DNA of 64,000 nucleotides from Nitrospirota bacterium (lineage in GTDB: Bacteria; Nitrospirota; Thermodesulfovibrionia; Thermodesulfovibrionales; JdFR-86). The notes under the pieces were generated by a model, which saw nothing but the letters and a program-made list of their open reading frames with translations, was not told the origin of the DNA and ran no database searches. This document shows, in pieces, positions 51,969 to 64,000 of this stretch. The DNA lies in assembly GCA_963721805.1 (NCBI GenBank), contig CAVRJY010000001.1, positions 1,408,001-1,472,000 on the forward strand, given 5' to 3'. The translations under genes and the position numbers were made by a program. The first letter of the stretch is position 1. The number at the start of each line of letters is the position of its first letter.

Positions 51969-53447
51969 ATGCTATACCCGGACATAGAAAGCTTTAGACA
52001 ATACGCCACCGAAGGCAACCTTATCCCCGTATACCGGGAGATACTCGCTGACCTGCACACGCCCGTATCGGCGTTCATCAGGCTCGGGGAGGCCCCCGCG
52101 TTTTTGCTCGAGAGCGTCGAGGGCGGCGAGAAGTGGGCGCGGTATTCGTTCATCGGCCTGCGCCCCTCGAAGGTCATCAAGGGCCGCGGCCGCACGCTCG
52201 AAATCCAGACCGCAGAAGGTGTTGAGGGCATCGAGACCGATAACCCGTTTGAGTACCTGAAGGCTATGATGGCCAAGTATAAGGCGATTCACCTGCCCGG
52301 CCTGCCGCGCTTCTGCGGCGGCCTCGTGGGGTATATAGGATACGACACGGTCAGGTTCGTCGAGGACATCCCGGACACTAACCCCGACCTGCTCGGCATG
52401 CCTGACATATTTCTCATGCTCACCGATACGATGCTGATATTCGACAACCTCCGCCAGAAGATCGCGGTGCTCTCCGCCGTGCACACCGACGGCACTGACG
52501 TCGACGCGGCTTATAATGACGCGGTCGATAAGATCGACGGCGTGATCAGCATGCTCATGGAGCCGGCCGAGCTGCCGATAGGCTCCGGTCCGACAGAGGC
52601 CACGCCTCCTGAGTTCGTCTCGACTTTCGGGCCAGCCGAGGCATTTGAGTCCGCGGTGGTCAAGGCCAAGGAATACATTAAGGCCGGGGATATCTTCCAG
52701 ATCGTTCTCTCGCAGCGGTTTGAGAGGCCGACGACCGCGCATCCGATCAACGTATACCGCGCGCTGCGCACGATCAACCCCTCCCCTTACATGTACTACC
52801 TCCACACCGGCGAGGGCGATGTCATAGGCTCTTCGCCCGAGATACTGGTCAGGCTCGAAGACGGCAAGGTGATTCTGAGGCCGATCGCGGGCACCAGACG
52901 GCGCGGTGCGACCGAGGCCGAGGACAGTGCTCTGGCCGCGGAGATGGAGGCAGATCCCAAGGAGTGCGCCGAGCATATCATGCTCGTGGACCTCGGCAGA
53001 AACGACGTGGGGCGCGTATCAAGCATGGGCAGCGTCAAGGTCACTGACATGATGAGAGTGGAGCGTTACAGCCACGTGATGCACATGGTCTCTGACGTCG
53101 AGGGCGACCTCCGCGAGGGGCTCGACGCTTTTGACGTGCTTCAGGCCTGCTTCCCGGCCGGGACGGTATCGGGCGCTCCAAAGGTGCGCGCGATGCAGAT
53201 CATAGAGGAGCTCGAGACCGTGCGGCGAGGGCCGTATGCCGGGGCGGTCGGGTATTTCAGCTACTCCGGCAACATGGACATGTGCATAACGATCCGCACG
53301 CTTTTGTATAAGGACGGGAAGATCTCGGTGCAGGCCGGGGCCGGGCTGGTCGCGGACTCCGTGCCGAGCCTTGAGTACAAAGAGACCGTCAATAAGGCCA
53401 CCGGCATGATGCGCGCGGTCGACATGGCCGAGCGCGAGCTGGGCTAA
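51969..53447 (+). CDS. trpE: Anthranilate synthase component I
   Basis: [39 protein letters not shown]. Confidence 0.96.
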   Translation: MLYPDIESFRQYATEGNLIPVYREILADLHTPVSAFIRLGEAPAFLLESVEGGEKWARYSFIGLRPSKVIKGRGRTLEIQTAEGVEGIETDNPFEYLKAMMAKYKAIHLPGLPRFCGGLVGYIGYDTVRFVEDIPDTNPDLLGMPDIFLMLTDTMLIFDNLRQKIAVLSAVHTDGTDVDAAYNDAVDKIDGVISMLMEPAELPIGSGPTEATPPEFVSTFGPAEAFESAVVKAKEYIKAGDIFQIVLSQRFERPTTAHPINVYRALRTINPSPYMYYLHTGEGDVIGSSPEILVRLEDGKVILRPIAGTRRRGATEAEDSALAAEMEADPKECAEHIMLVDLGRNDVGRVSSMGSVKVTDMMRVERYSHVMHMVSDVEGDLREGLDAFDVLQACFPAGTVSGAPKVRAMQIIEELETVRRGPYAGAVGYFSYSGNMDMCITIRTLLYKDGKISVQAGAGLVADSVPSLEYKETVNKATGMMRAVDMAERELG

Positions 53448-53458
53448 AGGATAAACAC

Positions 53459-54037
53459 ATGCTACTGATGATCGACAACTACGACTCCTTCACATACAAC
53501 CTCGTCCAGTACCTGGGCGAACTGGGGCAGGACGTGCGCGTATACCGCAACGACAAGATCACGCTCGACGAGATCGCCTCGCTCGCCCCGGAGGAGATCG
53601 TGATATCCCCCGGCCCATGCACTCCCAACGAGGCCGGGATCTCGATGGACGTAATCCGCCGGTTCAGCGGCAGGATACCGATACTGGGCGTATGCCTCGG
53701 CCACCAGTCCATAGGCGCTGTCTTCGGCGGCGAGGTCATCCGCGCCCCGAGGCTGATGCACGGCAAGACCTCGCCCATCCACCACGACGGAAAGACAATC
53801 TTCGAGGGGCTCCCAAACCCGTTTATAGCCACGCGTTACCACTCTCTGATAGTCAGGCGGGAGAACCTGCCCGACTGCCTCGAGATCAGCGCATGGACCG
53901 AGGAGGGCGAGATCATGGGCCTAAGGCATAGAGATATGCTTGTCGAGGGCGTGCAGTTTCACCCAGAATCTATACTCACCTCCGACGGCAAGCGCCTGCT
54001 CGGTAATTTCCTCAGGCTTGCGAAGGCCAAGCGTTGA
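53459..54037 (+). CDS. trpG: Anthranilate synthase component II
   Basis: [25 protein letters not shown]. Confidence 0.95.
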   Translation: MLLMIDNYDSFTYNLVQYLGELGQDVRVYRNDKITLDEIASLAPEEIVISPGPCTPNEAGISMDVIRRFSGRIPILGVCLGHQSIGAVFGGEVIRAPRLMHGKTSPIHHDGKTIFEGLPNPFIATRYHSLIVRRENLPDCLEISAWTEEGEIMGLRHRDMLVEGVQFHPESILTSDGKRLLGNFLRLAKAKR

Positions 54038-55045
54038 TACACGAGGCGCTCAAGATGGTCGTAGGCGGGATGGACCTCTCGGAGGCCGAGATGTCCGGCT
54101 GCATGTCCGAGATCATGGAAGGCCGCGCCTCGGACCTGCATATGGCGGCGTTTCTCACGGCCCTTCGGATGAAGGGCGAGACGGTCGACGAGATCACCGG
54201 CGCGGCGCGCATCATGCGTGAGAAGGCCGCGCGCATTAAATCGCCCGAGGGCACCTTAGACACATGCGGCACGGGCGGCGACATGGCCGGTACCTTCAAC
54301 ATATCCACTACCGCTGCGCTCGTCGTCGCGGCATGCGGCGTGCCGGTCGCCAAGCACGGCAACCGTTCGGTATCGAGCAGGTCAGGCAGCGCGGACGTGC
54401 TCGAGGCTCTCGGGGTGAAGATAGACCTTACGCCCGATAAGGTCGAGCGGTCGCTGTTCGAAACCGGCTTCGGGTTTCTGTTCGCCCCGCTCTTTCACCC
54501 GGCGATGAAATACGCCATCGGCGCGCGCAAGGAGCTCGGGTTCAGGACGATATTCAATATCTTGGGGCCGATCACCAACCCGGCGGGCGCGAAGCGCCAG
54601 TTGCTGGGCGTCTTCGCGGACGGCCTGACCGAGACGATATGCCGCGTGCTCGGCAACCTCGGGGCAGAGGACGCGATGGTCGTCCACGGCGAGGATGGGT
54701 TAGACGAGATCACTATCACGGACTCCACGCGCGTCTCGCGCCTGGTCAATGGCAAGGTCGAAAATTCGCTCATCTCGCCCGAGGACTTCGGGATGAACCG
54801 CGCCCCGATCAAGCGAGATCGCCGGAGAGGGCAAGGAACGAAACGCCGAGATCGCGTTAGAGGTATTAAGTGGCGTCAAGGGACCGAGGCGCGACATAGT
54901 CGTGATGAACACCGCGGCCGCGCTCGTGGTCGCGGGACTGACGCCCTACCTCGCCGATGCCGCAACGATGGCCGCCGAGGCGATAGACAGTGGCCGCGCT
55001 TCGGCCAAGCTCGAAGAAATCAGAAAATTCACGAATTCCTTTTAA
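54034..55045 (+). CDS. trpD: Anthranilate phosphoribosyltransferase, with a +1 insertion at about 54811
   Basis: [23 protein letters not shown]; removing one A restores ...[16 protein letters not shown]...NTAAAL...AIDSGRA...SF*, ending at TAA 55043-55045. Confidence 0.9.
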
Positions 55046-55692
55046 TGCACCTGCTTAGCAATTTCGTAGACATCTTCCTGCACCTCGACGTGCACTTAAG
55101 CGCGGTGATAACGCAGTACGGGATATGGACTTACCTCATATTGTTCGTCATAATATTTTGCGAGACCGGGCTCGTGGTGACGCCGTTTCTGCCGGGCGAC
55201 TCGCTGCTATTCGCTGCCGGGACTTTCGCTGCACTGGGCTCGCTCGACGTATGGATGCTCACGGCCCTGCTCGCGGCCTCGGCGATACTCGGAAACATGA
55301 CGAACTACCAGATCGGCCGCATCATCGGCCCGAAGGCCCTTTGCAGGCCCAATTCGCGCATCTTCCGGCGGGAATACCTCCAGAAGACCGAGCTGTACTT
55401 CGAGCGGTACGGGGCGATGACGATCGCGCTGAGCCGCTTCGCGCCGATAGTGCGCACGTTCGCGCCTTTCATGGCAGGGGTCGGGCGGATGCGGTACATG
55501 AAGTTCGCGGCCTACAACTTCGCGGGCGGGCTCTCGTGGGTATTGCTTTTCATCTTTGGGGGGTATTTCTTCGGCAACATCCCGTTCGTGCGGAAGAACT
55601 TCACGCTGGTCATTATGGCCATCGTCCTCGTCTCGATCCTGCCGACGGTGATCGAGGTCGTCAGACACCGCCGTACCGGGCAACAGTCTTAA
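55045..55692 (+). CDS. dedA: DedA family membrane protein
   Basis: ETGLVVTPFLPGDSLLFAAG, RFAPIVRTFAPF; its ATG overlaps the trpD stop (TAATG). Confidence 0.93.
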   Translation: MHLLSNFVDIFLHLDVHLSAVITQYGIWTYLILFVIIFCETGLVVTPFLPGDSLLFAAGTFAALGSLDVWMLTALLAASAILGNMTNYQIGRIIGPKALCRPNSRIFRREYLQKTELYFERYGAMTIALSRFAPIVRTFAPFMAGVGRMRYMKFAAYNFAGGLSWVLLFIFGGYFFGNIPFVRKNFTLVIMAIVLVSILPTVIEVVRHRRTGQQS

Positions 55693-55699
55693 TCCGATT

Positions 55700-57487
55700 C
55701 TAATTACGCGTCTTGGCCGTGGCTGTGTTCGAGAAGTCCGAGAGCCCGTAGGTCGGGCTGTAGGCCGCCATCCTGAAGTAGTACCTCTTATGCCTCTTAA
55801 GATGGATCGCGGATACGGACGTAGAGCTGCCGTCCAGCAGCCCGAGGTACTTAAACGTGACGCCGTTTGTGCTGTACTCGAAATAATACTCAAGGTCGCT
55901 GACGCCGCTGTTGTACCCATTGGCCGACCAGTTTAGTAGTATCTTCGAGGACGAGACCGTGGCAGCGGTCAGCGGGCCGGGCGCATACGGCGCGACCTCA
56001 TAAGAAGCGGTCATCCAGTCCGAATCCCCCACGCCACTTGTGGCCCGCGACTCGACGTTCAAGGTCGAGCCCACGGCCGGGACGTTGGCCAGGCTGAAGG
56101 TCGCAGAGTTCACGACCCCTAAGCCCTGCGTGGTCCAGTCCAGCGTGTCAGGGTCCTGTATATGCACGGTATACGAGGTCGCGGTCGTAGAGTTTCGGAC
56201 CCAGTTGACGGTCAAGGTTGAGCCATCCCCGCTTACGTGCCCGGTCATGTTCGACGGCGGAAGCGGGCTGTAATCGGCGGCGTTCAGGACGAGCGAGTTA
56301 TAGACGTTCAGGCGGCCCCCGCTTACGGTGCTGCCGGCCAGCACCGGATCGACGCCCAGCAGCAGGGCCTCGCGGGCCTGCTTGTAGTCGTACTCCGGGT
56401 GTTTGGCCTCGATCAGGGCGAGCGCGCCGGCCGAGATCGGGGACGAGAACGAGGTCCCGTCCATGTAGACATACTGGCTGTTGAAATACGTGCTCAGGAT
56501 GTCGACGCCGGGCGCACCGAGGTGCACGGTGCCGTGGCCGTAGTTGGTAAACCATGCAAGGCCGTCGGTCTGGTCCGTCGCCCCGGCCGAGATGACGTTG
56601 TCGAGGTCGTGCGAGGCCGGATACGTCGGGGTCTCGTCGTTGTCGCAGCCGAAGTTTCCGGCGGCCGCGACGAGGAGCACGCCATGCTCGCCCGCGTATT
56701 GGATCGCGTCGCGTTCGGCCTCCGAGGGCTCGACGACATAACAGCCTGACGGGTATGCGTAGCTCGCGTTAAGGACGCGCGCGCCGTGGTCCACGGCGTA
56801 CCGGATGGCGCGGGCTGCGGTGGCGATGTCGCCCGAGCCGGTGCTGTCGAGGACCTTGACCGACATTATCCGCACGCTGTTGGCGATGCCCGCGACCCCG
56901 ATAGCGTTATTGCCCACCGCCCCGATGACGCCGGCGACGAACGTGCCATGGCCGTTGTTGTCCTCCGGGGGCTTGTCAGTGTTGACGAAGTTCTTTCCAT
57001 GCTTGCCCCTCTTGTTGGTCCACATGTCTGCCTTGAGATCCGGGTGATTGGACTGCACCCCGGTGTCAAGCACCGCCACCACTATGCCCGTCGCGCTGGG
57101 CTGGACCTCCCAGGCCGCCGTGGCGTTAACCATCGGAAGGCTCCACTGGGAGGAGTAGTACGAGTCGTTGGGGGGCGTGCCCACGGCATGGATGATGTAG
57201 TTCGGCTCTGCATACTGCACGTTGGGGTCGGCCCTGAAGCTCGCCACCGCGTCCTCGACGCTCATGCCCGCCGAGAGTCTGACGCGGTGGGTGCGCTTGT
57301 GCCCAATCCGTTCGGAGGATATCCCGCCGTGCGCGCGCATGTCCGTTAGGCTGACAGTATCCGGTACATTGTTTTTGTACTTGACTATGACCTCGCCCGC
57401 GACGTAAGGGGCATACAGGGCCGCGCAGAGCGCCGACGCCCAGCCCATCACGAGCACCAGGGCCAATATCCGGATTGTCGTTTTCAT
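55700..57487 (-). CDS. Secreted S8 (subtilisin-like) serine protease with C-terminal Fn3-like domains
   Basis: Signal peptide, VAVLDTG, GHGTFVAG, AAAGN, GTSFSSP. Confidence 0.93.
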   Translation of the reverse strand: MKTTIRILALVLVMGWASALCAALYAPYVAGEVIVKYKNNVPDTVSLTDMRAHGGISSERIGHKRTHRVRLSAGMSVEDAVASFRADPNVQYAEPNYIIHAVGTPPNDSYYSSQWSLPMVNATAAWEVQPSATGIVVAVLDTGVQSNHPDLKADMWTNKRGKHGKNFVNTDKPPEDNNGHGTFVAGVIGAVGNNAIGVAGIANSVRIMSVKVLDSTGSGDIATAARAIRYAVDHGARVLNASYAYPSGCYVVEPSEAERDAIQYAGEHGVLLVAAAGNFGCDNDETPTYPASHDLDNVISAGATDQTDGLAWFTNYGHGTVHLGAPGVDILSTYFNSQYVYMDGTSFSSPISAGALALIEAKHPEYDYKQAREALLLGVDPVLAGSTVSGGRLNVYNSLVLNAADYSPLPPSNMTGHVSGDGSTLTVNWVRNSTTATSYTVHIQDPDTLDWTTQGLGVVNSATFSLANVPAVGSTLNVESRATSGVGDSDWMTASYEVAPYAPGPLTAATVSSSKILLNWSANGYNSGVSDLEYYFEYSTNGVTFKYLGLLDGSSTSVSAIHLKRHKRYYFRMAAYSPTYGLSDFSNTATAKTRN

Positions 57488-57527
57488 GGCCTACATTTTA
57501 TCAGAATCGGCGCAGCTTTGCCGGGGC

Positions 57528-58361
57528 CTATTGCCGCTTATAGAACATGCCGCCGCCGAGGATCTCGAGCATCTCTTCAGTGACCTCCTCCTGCCGGACG
57601 TAGTTCTGCGCGGACTCGAGCGCCGAGATATGCTTTTCTAAGTTTTTCGACGCGCCCTCCATGCTCCTGAGGCGGTACCAGTTCTCGCTGCGCAGGGACT
57701 CGGCGCAGCACCTGTATAGGCTGATGTACAGAAACTCATCGAGCAGTCCCTCAAAGACCGCCTGCGGCGCGAGGTACATAAGCGGCGGGAATCCGGGGGA
57801 GGCCGCCGCGGCCTCGGGCGGCAGCACGCGCTCGACCGAGAGGCCGGCCTGGTTGTCCGCCACCGAGGTAAAGACCATCGCCAGGCTGTCGTATTCGCTC
57901 GCCCCGTAGATCCCGGTTATATTGGAGGCCAGGGTCCTGAGCATATCGTGGATGCCCTCGACGCTCACGGCCGATTCCATGAACCCACCGTACCGGATTC
58001 CAGCGCCTTCGAGGACGCCCCTTAGCCTGCCGCCCACGACGAAGAGCGTATCGCTCGCGGTGACGGCATCGCGCACGGCCTCGGCGGCCTTCTCGTTAAA
58101 CGCCCCGCAAAGCCCCTGCGTCGAGCCGAACGCAACCAGGAGCCGTCTGCCGCCGCCTTTGCTTTCCCTGGGTGAGGGCGGGACATGCGCCGTCAGGTCG
58201 CGGATCGCACCAAGCAATTCCCGCTCGTACTCGCGCGAGGTCAGCACGGATTGCTCTGTCTTCCTTAGCGCCACGCCGGCATATGCCTTCATCGCGCCCA
58301 CGATGTCCTGCATCGCGCGAAACGTGCCTATCTGCTTGCCTATGTCCGCGGCGCTGGCCAC
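57528..58361 (-). CDS. atpG: N-type ATPase gamma subunit
   Basis: IVGAMKAYA, GLCGAFNE, SEN..R..SM, RQEEVTEE. Confidence 0.92.
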   Translation of the reverse strand: MASAADIGKQIGTFRAMQDIVGAMKAYAGVALRKTEQSVLTSREYERELLGAIRDLTAHVPPSPRESKGGGRRLLVAFGSTQGLCGAFNEKAAEAVRDAVTASDTLFVVGGRLRGVLEGAGIRYGGFMESAVSVEGIHDMLRTLASNITGIYGASEYDSLAMVFTSVADNQAGLSVERVLPPEAAAASPGFPPLMYLAPQAVFEGLLDEFLYISLYRCCAESLRSENWYRLRSMEGASKNLEKHISALESAQNYVRQEEVTEEMLEILGGGMFYKRQ

Positions 58362-58364
58362 GCC

Positions 58365-59861
58365 TCAGCCCCCCGGTCTCGCGATCAGCCCGCCAAGCCT
58401 CGCGGTGTCCTTCTCGGTAAGGGTGGCTCCGTTTCTGAGCCGCTGCATGGCCTCGGGCATCTCGGACTTTACGAGATCGAGCATCTCGCGGCAGGTCTTG
58501 TCCACCGCCGCAAGCTCGATCCCGTCGAGCGCCCCGGTGCCGAGTATCGTCATGCGCATGATCTGGTCCTCCACGGGCAGGGGGTGCAAGGGCGGCTGCT
58601 TCAGGAGTTCGCGCATGCGCTCGCCGCGGCGGATGAGCTTCGCGGTCTCTTCCTCCACGCGGGCCCCGAACTTCGTGAATACCTCGACCTCCATGAAGCG
58701 CGAGTAGTCGATCTTGAACCCCGCGGCCACCTTCTTCATAGCCTCGGACTGGGCCTTGCCCCCTATCCTCGAGACCGACCTCGCCACGTCCACCGCGGGG
58801 CGGAGCCCCTTGTTAAACAGGCTCGTATCGAGGTATATCTGGCCATCGGTTATGGATATCAGGTTCGTCGGGATATAGGCCGATATCCTGCCCTGCTGCG
58901 TCTCGACTATCGGGAGCGCCGTGATCGAGCCGCCGCCGTACGAGCGGTCGAGCTTCGCCGAGCGCTCCAAAAGCCTCGCGTGCAGAAAGAAGATATCGCC
59001 CGGGTATGCCTCGCGCCCCGGGGGCCTCCTCAGCAGGAGGCTCAGCGAGCGGTACGCCTCGGCGTGCTTCGTCAGGTCGTCATATACGATCAGGACGTCG
59101 CGGCCCCTGTCGAGGAAATACTCAGCTATAGCAGTGGCGCTGTAAGGCGCGATGTACTGGATGCCGACGGAATCCGACGCGCTGGCCGCCACGCACACGG
59201 CGTGCGAGAACTCGCCGTATTTCTTGATCTCCTCTATAGTCTTGAGTATCCGCGAGTTCTTCTGGCCTATGGCCGCGTAGACGCAGATCACGCCCGTGTC
59301 CTTCTGGTTTATGATCGTATCGACCGCTATCGCGGTCTTTCCGGTCGAGGGGTCGCCGAGGATGAGCTCGCGCTGTCCCCGGCCTATCGCGAGCATCGAA
59401 TCTATGGCCGTGATGCCGGTATACAGCGGGGCGTTAACGAAATCCCTCTGGATCAGCGGAGGCGCGGTACGCTCGACCGGATAGGTGGCTGCGGATTCCG
59501 GCACCGGGCCGCCGTCAAGCGGGTTGCCCATCGGGTCGACGACGCGGCCCAGCAACCCCTCCCCCACTCCAATGGATGCGAGGCGTTCGGTCTTGCTCGC
59601 GCGCATGCCCGCCCTGACGTCGAGACACGGCGTGAGCAGCACGATGCCGATGCTGTCGGCCGAGATATCGAGCACTATGCCCTGGTCGCAGCCCTCAAGC
59701 TGTATGAGTTCGTACAGCTTCGCGTCCCTGAGCCCGGCGATCCGCGCTATCCCGTCCCCGACCGAGAGCACCCGCCCTTCCTGCGATACCCTGAGCGAGA
59801 GCCCGCTCTGCCTTACGGTCTCGTTGATCTGCTGGAACACCCCGGCGAGCGCGGCCTCCAT
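58365..59861 (-). CDS. atpA: N-type ATPase alpha subunit
   Basis: VGDGIA, GRGQRELI, RPPGREAYPGDIF, ISITDGQI. Confidence 0.95.
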   Translation of the reverse strand: MEAALAGVFQQINETVRQSGLSLRVSQEGRVLSVGDGIARIAGLRDAKLYELIQLEGCDQGIVLDISADSIGIVLLTPCLDVRAGMRASKTERLASIGVGEGLLGRVVDPMGNPLDGGPVPESAATYPVERTAPPLIQRDFVNAPLYTGITAIDSMLAIGRGQRELILGDPSTGKTAIAVDTIINQKDTGVICVYAAIGQKNSRILKTIEEIKKYGEFSHAVCVAASASDSVGIQYIAPYSATAIAEYFLDRGRDVLIVYDDLTKHAEAYRSLSLLLRRPPGREAYPGDIFFLHARLLERSAKLDRSYGGGSITALPIVETQQGRISAYIPTNLISITDGQIYLDTSLFNKGLRPAVDVARSVSRIGGKAQSEAMKKVAAGFKIDYSRFMEVEVFTKFGARVEEETAKLIRRGERMRELLKQPPLHPLPVEDQIMRMTILGTGALDGIELAAVDKTCREMLDLVKSEMPEAMQRLRNGATLTEKDTARLGGLIARPGG

Positions 59862-59862
59862 A

Positions 59863-60603
59863 TCAGACTACCTTCTCCCGAAGCCCCATGCTCAAGGCCT
59901 TAAGCTGTCCGGCCAAAGACATGTCGAACACGAGGTCGTTAGCCCTCACCACCACGCCTGCTATCAGTTCAGGCTCGACGGTCACGTCCATAGAGGCCGA
60001 CGGCATCGGCGCGATTGCCGACCTCAGCCCATCGGCCAATGCCTGCGCCATGGGGAATGCGCTTGCGAGTTGCACCTGCACGGGGCTGCCGTCCTTCGGG
60101 GCGGCCCCGCTTATCTCGGCCGATATCCGGCCCGCCTCGGCCATTAACCTGCGGACGAGGGCGGCATGCAGTTCCGCGTCCGCGGCGTCCTTCAGGAGCA
60201 GCCCGGCGTATGACGCTACGGCCTCGATGGCCATGCCCTTGACTGCCTCCCCGGCCTTCGCCCTTTCGGCCTCAAGGAGCGCCTTCTCCTTTTCAGCGAC
60301 CTTTCGGGCCTCGGCCTCGGCCTCGGAGATGAGGCGCGCCTTCTCGGCGGCGGCCTGGTCCTTCGCCTCGTCCATCATGCGCGCGCTCGATGCCCGGAGT
60401 TCGCCCAACTCCTTCGTGCGCGCGTCTTTAAGGGCCTCGGCCTCGCGCTTCGTCCTCTCGGCATCCTCCATCAGCGCCGCGGAAGCGGCCCTGCGCTTTT
60501 CCATTATCTCGCGGACCGGTTTGAAGAGCACGCGCCTGAGGATAAGCACCAGTACGGTGAAGTTGATTATCTGAAACGCGAATGTCCAGAAATCGAACTT
60601 CAT
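59863..60603 (-). CDS. atpF: N-type ATPase b subunit (b/delta-like fusion)
   Basis: N-terminal TM FDFWTFAFQIINF, coiled coil, delta-like C-terminus (PELIAG). Confidence 0.92.
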   Translation of the reverse strand: MKFDFWTFAFQIINFTVLVLILRRVLFKPVREIMEKRRAASAALMEDAERTKREAEALKDARTKELGELRASSARMMDEAKDQAAAEKARLISEAEAEARKVAEKEKALLEAERAKAGEAVKGMAIEAVASYAGLLLKDAADAELHAALVRRLMAEAGRISAEISGAAPKDGSPVQVQLASAFPMAQALADGLRSAIAPMPSASMDVTVEPELIAGVVVRANDLVFDMSLAGQLKALSMGLREKVV

Positions 60604-60866
60604 TTTGCGAGCTGTCCGATCAGCGGATTGGCGAAAAGCACAATCAGCGCGATTACGAACGAATAGATCGCTATAGATTCGATCAGCGCCATCCCGACGA
60701 ACAGCGTCCTCATGATCTGGGCCGAGCTCTCAGGCTGGCGCGCTATCGCCTCTAGGGCCTTGGCGAGCGCCTCCCCGAGCCCCCTCGCCGGGCCGTACCC
60801 GCCGATGGCTATCGCCAGCCCCGCCGCCGCTATCGAGACAGAGACCACTATTGCCATGGAATCCAT
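60600..60866 (-). CDS. atpE: N-type ATPase c subunit
   Basis: Two TM helices, ARQP loop, ESIAIY; GGAGG RBS. Confidence 0.94.
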   Translation of the reverse strand: MDSMAIVVSVSIAAAGLAIAIGGYGPARGLGEALAKALEAIARQPESSAQIMRTLFVGMALIESIAIYSFVIALIVLFANPLIGQLAK

Positions 60867-60882
60867 TATCAAGCGCCTCCTT

Positions 60883-61548
60883 TTATTTTTGATCCCCAAT
60901 GCCGCCCGCGATGAAGACGAGCGTCAGGATACCGAATATATACGCCTGTATCAGGCTGATGATGAAGTGCAACAGGTCAAACGGCACCGGCACCAGAAAC
61001 CCTACGATCCCCAGGAGTATCAGCGCTATCAGCTCTCCGCTGAGCATGTTGCCGAAGAGCCTGACCGCGAGCGCGATAGTGCGCGTGGCCTCTGCAATCA
61101 GATTAAACGGCAGCAGAAACCACGTGGGCTCGGTGTAATGCCTGAGGTATCCCTTGAACCCCCTCGCCCACAGGCCGAAGATGTGAGTCATCGAAAACGA
61201 GAGCACCGCGAACGCGAAGGTGGTGTTCAGGTCCGCGGTCGGGGTCGTAAAGCCCGGCAGCAGCCCTATGAGGTTTGAGGCTCCGATCAGCAGCCAAAGG
61301 GTGCCGATGATCGGCACCACCGGGGCCGACAGCGCGGGGAGGATGTCCTTCACCGTATTGTCGACGGCCTCATACGACGCCTCGAGGACCTCCTGCATGA
61401 CCGTTGGCCTCGTCGAGAGACGCCGGGTCAGGACGTATGAGCCCGCGGTGAGCGCGAGCATCACGACCCATGTCGTGATCACCGAGCCGGTGATGTCGAC
61501 CGGGCCCAGGGTGATTACCGCCTGAGGGAATATCTCGGGGGGCTTCAT
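60883..61548 (-). CDS. atpB: N-type ATPase a subunit
   Basis: PTADLNTT, RLFGNM, IQAYIF. Confidence 0.94.
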   Translation of the reverse strand: MKPPEIFPQAVITLGPVDITGSVITTWVVMLALTAGSYVLTRRLSTRPTVMQEVLEASYEAVDNTVKDILPALSAPVVPIIGTLWLLIGASNLIGLLPGFTTPTADLNTTFAFAVLSFSMTHIFGLWARGFKGYLRHYTEPTWFLLPFNLIAEATRTIALAVRLFGNMLSGELIALILLGIVGFLVPVPFDLLHFIISLIQAYIFGILTLVFIAGGIGDQK

Positions 61549-61822
61549 TTCGTCCTCCTCATCAGGAAAAACCAGACGTTATAGATCCCGGCAGCGATGC
61601 CCAGTATTATCAGCGTCAGGGTCCACGAGATATGCCCTCCCGCTGCAATGGTACGGTCGAGATATTTGCCGAGATATGCCCCTGCGACCACCGGGATGAC
61701 GAAGAGCCATCCGCCCGCGCCTATGACCGAGGCGTAATTCCAGAACGTCCGGCGCTCGTCCTTCCACCTCCGGAGGCCCCTTGCCGACCGCTCTATCTCC
61801 TTTAAGAATCCCTCGTCCTTCT

Positions 61823-61826
<4 letters not shown>
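61545..61826 (-). CDS. atpQ: AtpQ (AtpZ/AtpI-like) N-ATPase accessory protein
   Basis: GW...IPVVAGAYLG.YLD...SWTLTL pattern; lies between atpC and atpB. Confidence 0.85.
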
Positions 61827-63612
<1,786 letters not shown>

Positions 63613-63699
63613 CTACCCATGAGCAAAGGATATCACCTATGAATGTGCGGCGCAATAAACATCGGTATACAGGCCGCCACTAATGCGATATAATCGGGC

Positions 63700-63819
63700 A
63701 TGGAGCATGAAACACTAAGCAGGCGCATAAGTTTCCTGAGGCCGCTTTGGTGGCTCATTCACCTGATCGCTATCGGCACGGCCTATACCCTCGGGCACCT
63801 GAGCCGGGGATTGTTCTGA
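63700..63819 (+). CDS. Small membrane peptide, 39 aa
   Basis: MEHETLSRRISFLRPLWWLIHLIAIGTAYTLGHLSRGLF*; TATAAT 5 nt upstream; similar to the next ORF. Confidence 0.65.
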   Translation: MEHETLSRRISFLRPLWWLIHLIAIGTAYTLGHLSRGLF

Positions 63820-63923
63820 TGCTCGCGCGGTTCATGCGATACAAGCCGCTATGGTGGGTCCTGCATGCGGTCACTATTACGGCGGCCTTCCTGCTGGGGC
63901 GGTTCGTACACTTCGAGTTCTAG
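63819..63923 (+). CDS. Small membrane peptide, 34 aa
   Basis: MLARFMRYKPLWWVLHAVTITAAFLLGRFVHFEF*; TGATG overlap with the previous ORF. Confidence 0.65.
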   Translation: MLARFMRYKPLWWVLHAVTITAAFLLGRFVHFEF

Positions 63924-64000
63924 ATGGTACGCCGGCACCTGCTGATGGCCCTCGTGATGCTCGCGCTCGTGGGGCTCGTGATCCACTACATAGCTCACCT
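63924..64000 (+). CDS. Hydrophobic ORF, truncated by the window edge
   Basis: MVRRHLLMALVMLALVGLVIHYIAH...; ATG immediately follows the previous TAG. Confidence 0.5.
   Translation, partial: MVRRHLLMALVMLALVGLVIHYIAH

Noticed and set aside
54034..55692. Apparent 552-aa TrpD-DedA fusion
   Set aside because: The Arg-rich linker is off-frame TrpD. Removing one A at about 54811 restores a normal TrpD ending at 55045, and DedA has its own ATG. Most likely a sequencing indel.

Overview
GC-rich bacterial chromosome segment. Gene content and order suggest an anaerobe of Nitrospirota or Desulfobacterota type (inference only). It is mostly housekeeping genes: guaA, ispA-dxs-tlyA, ilvC-psd-pssA, pcrA-gatC-panD, glmU-glmS, argA-purN-hpt-queD-pmbA, miaB-mtaB, zapAB, tRNA-Gly/Cys and trpEGD. 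It also has three sigma54 activators, a sigma54-driven NrfD/Fe-S/triheme cytochrome operon beside a heme-c-motif sensor kinase, and an N-type ATPase operon. A dif-like XerCD site at 40129-40156 points to the replication terminus. About 2.7 kb from it lies a 5.7-kb accessory island (42874-48579) bracketed by two inverted copies of a ~122-bp hairpin element. The island carries an AT-rich STAND-type NTPase gene whose C-terminal HEPN-like domain is split by an IS200/IS605 element; removing the IS in silico restores a 667-aa ORF. It also holds an intact IS481 with an 8-bp target duplication, a cassette-like peptidase gene and a 14-bp-periodic palindromic array. Other features: many apparently leaderless promoters, a CDS that seems to start inside tRNA-Cys, and tandem unannotated 34-39 aa membrane peptides at the right edge. 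Several single-base frameshifts (miaB, trpD, peptidase) may be sequencing errors. All calls are from reading motifs by eye; no searches were run.
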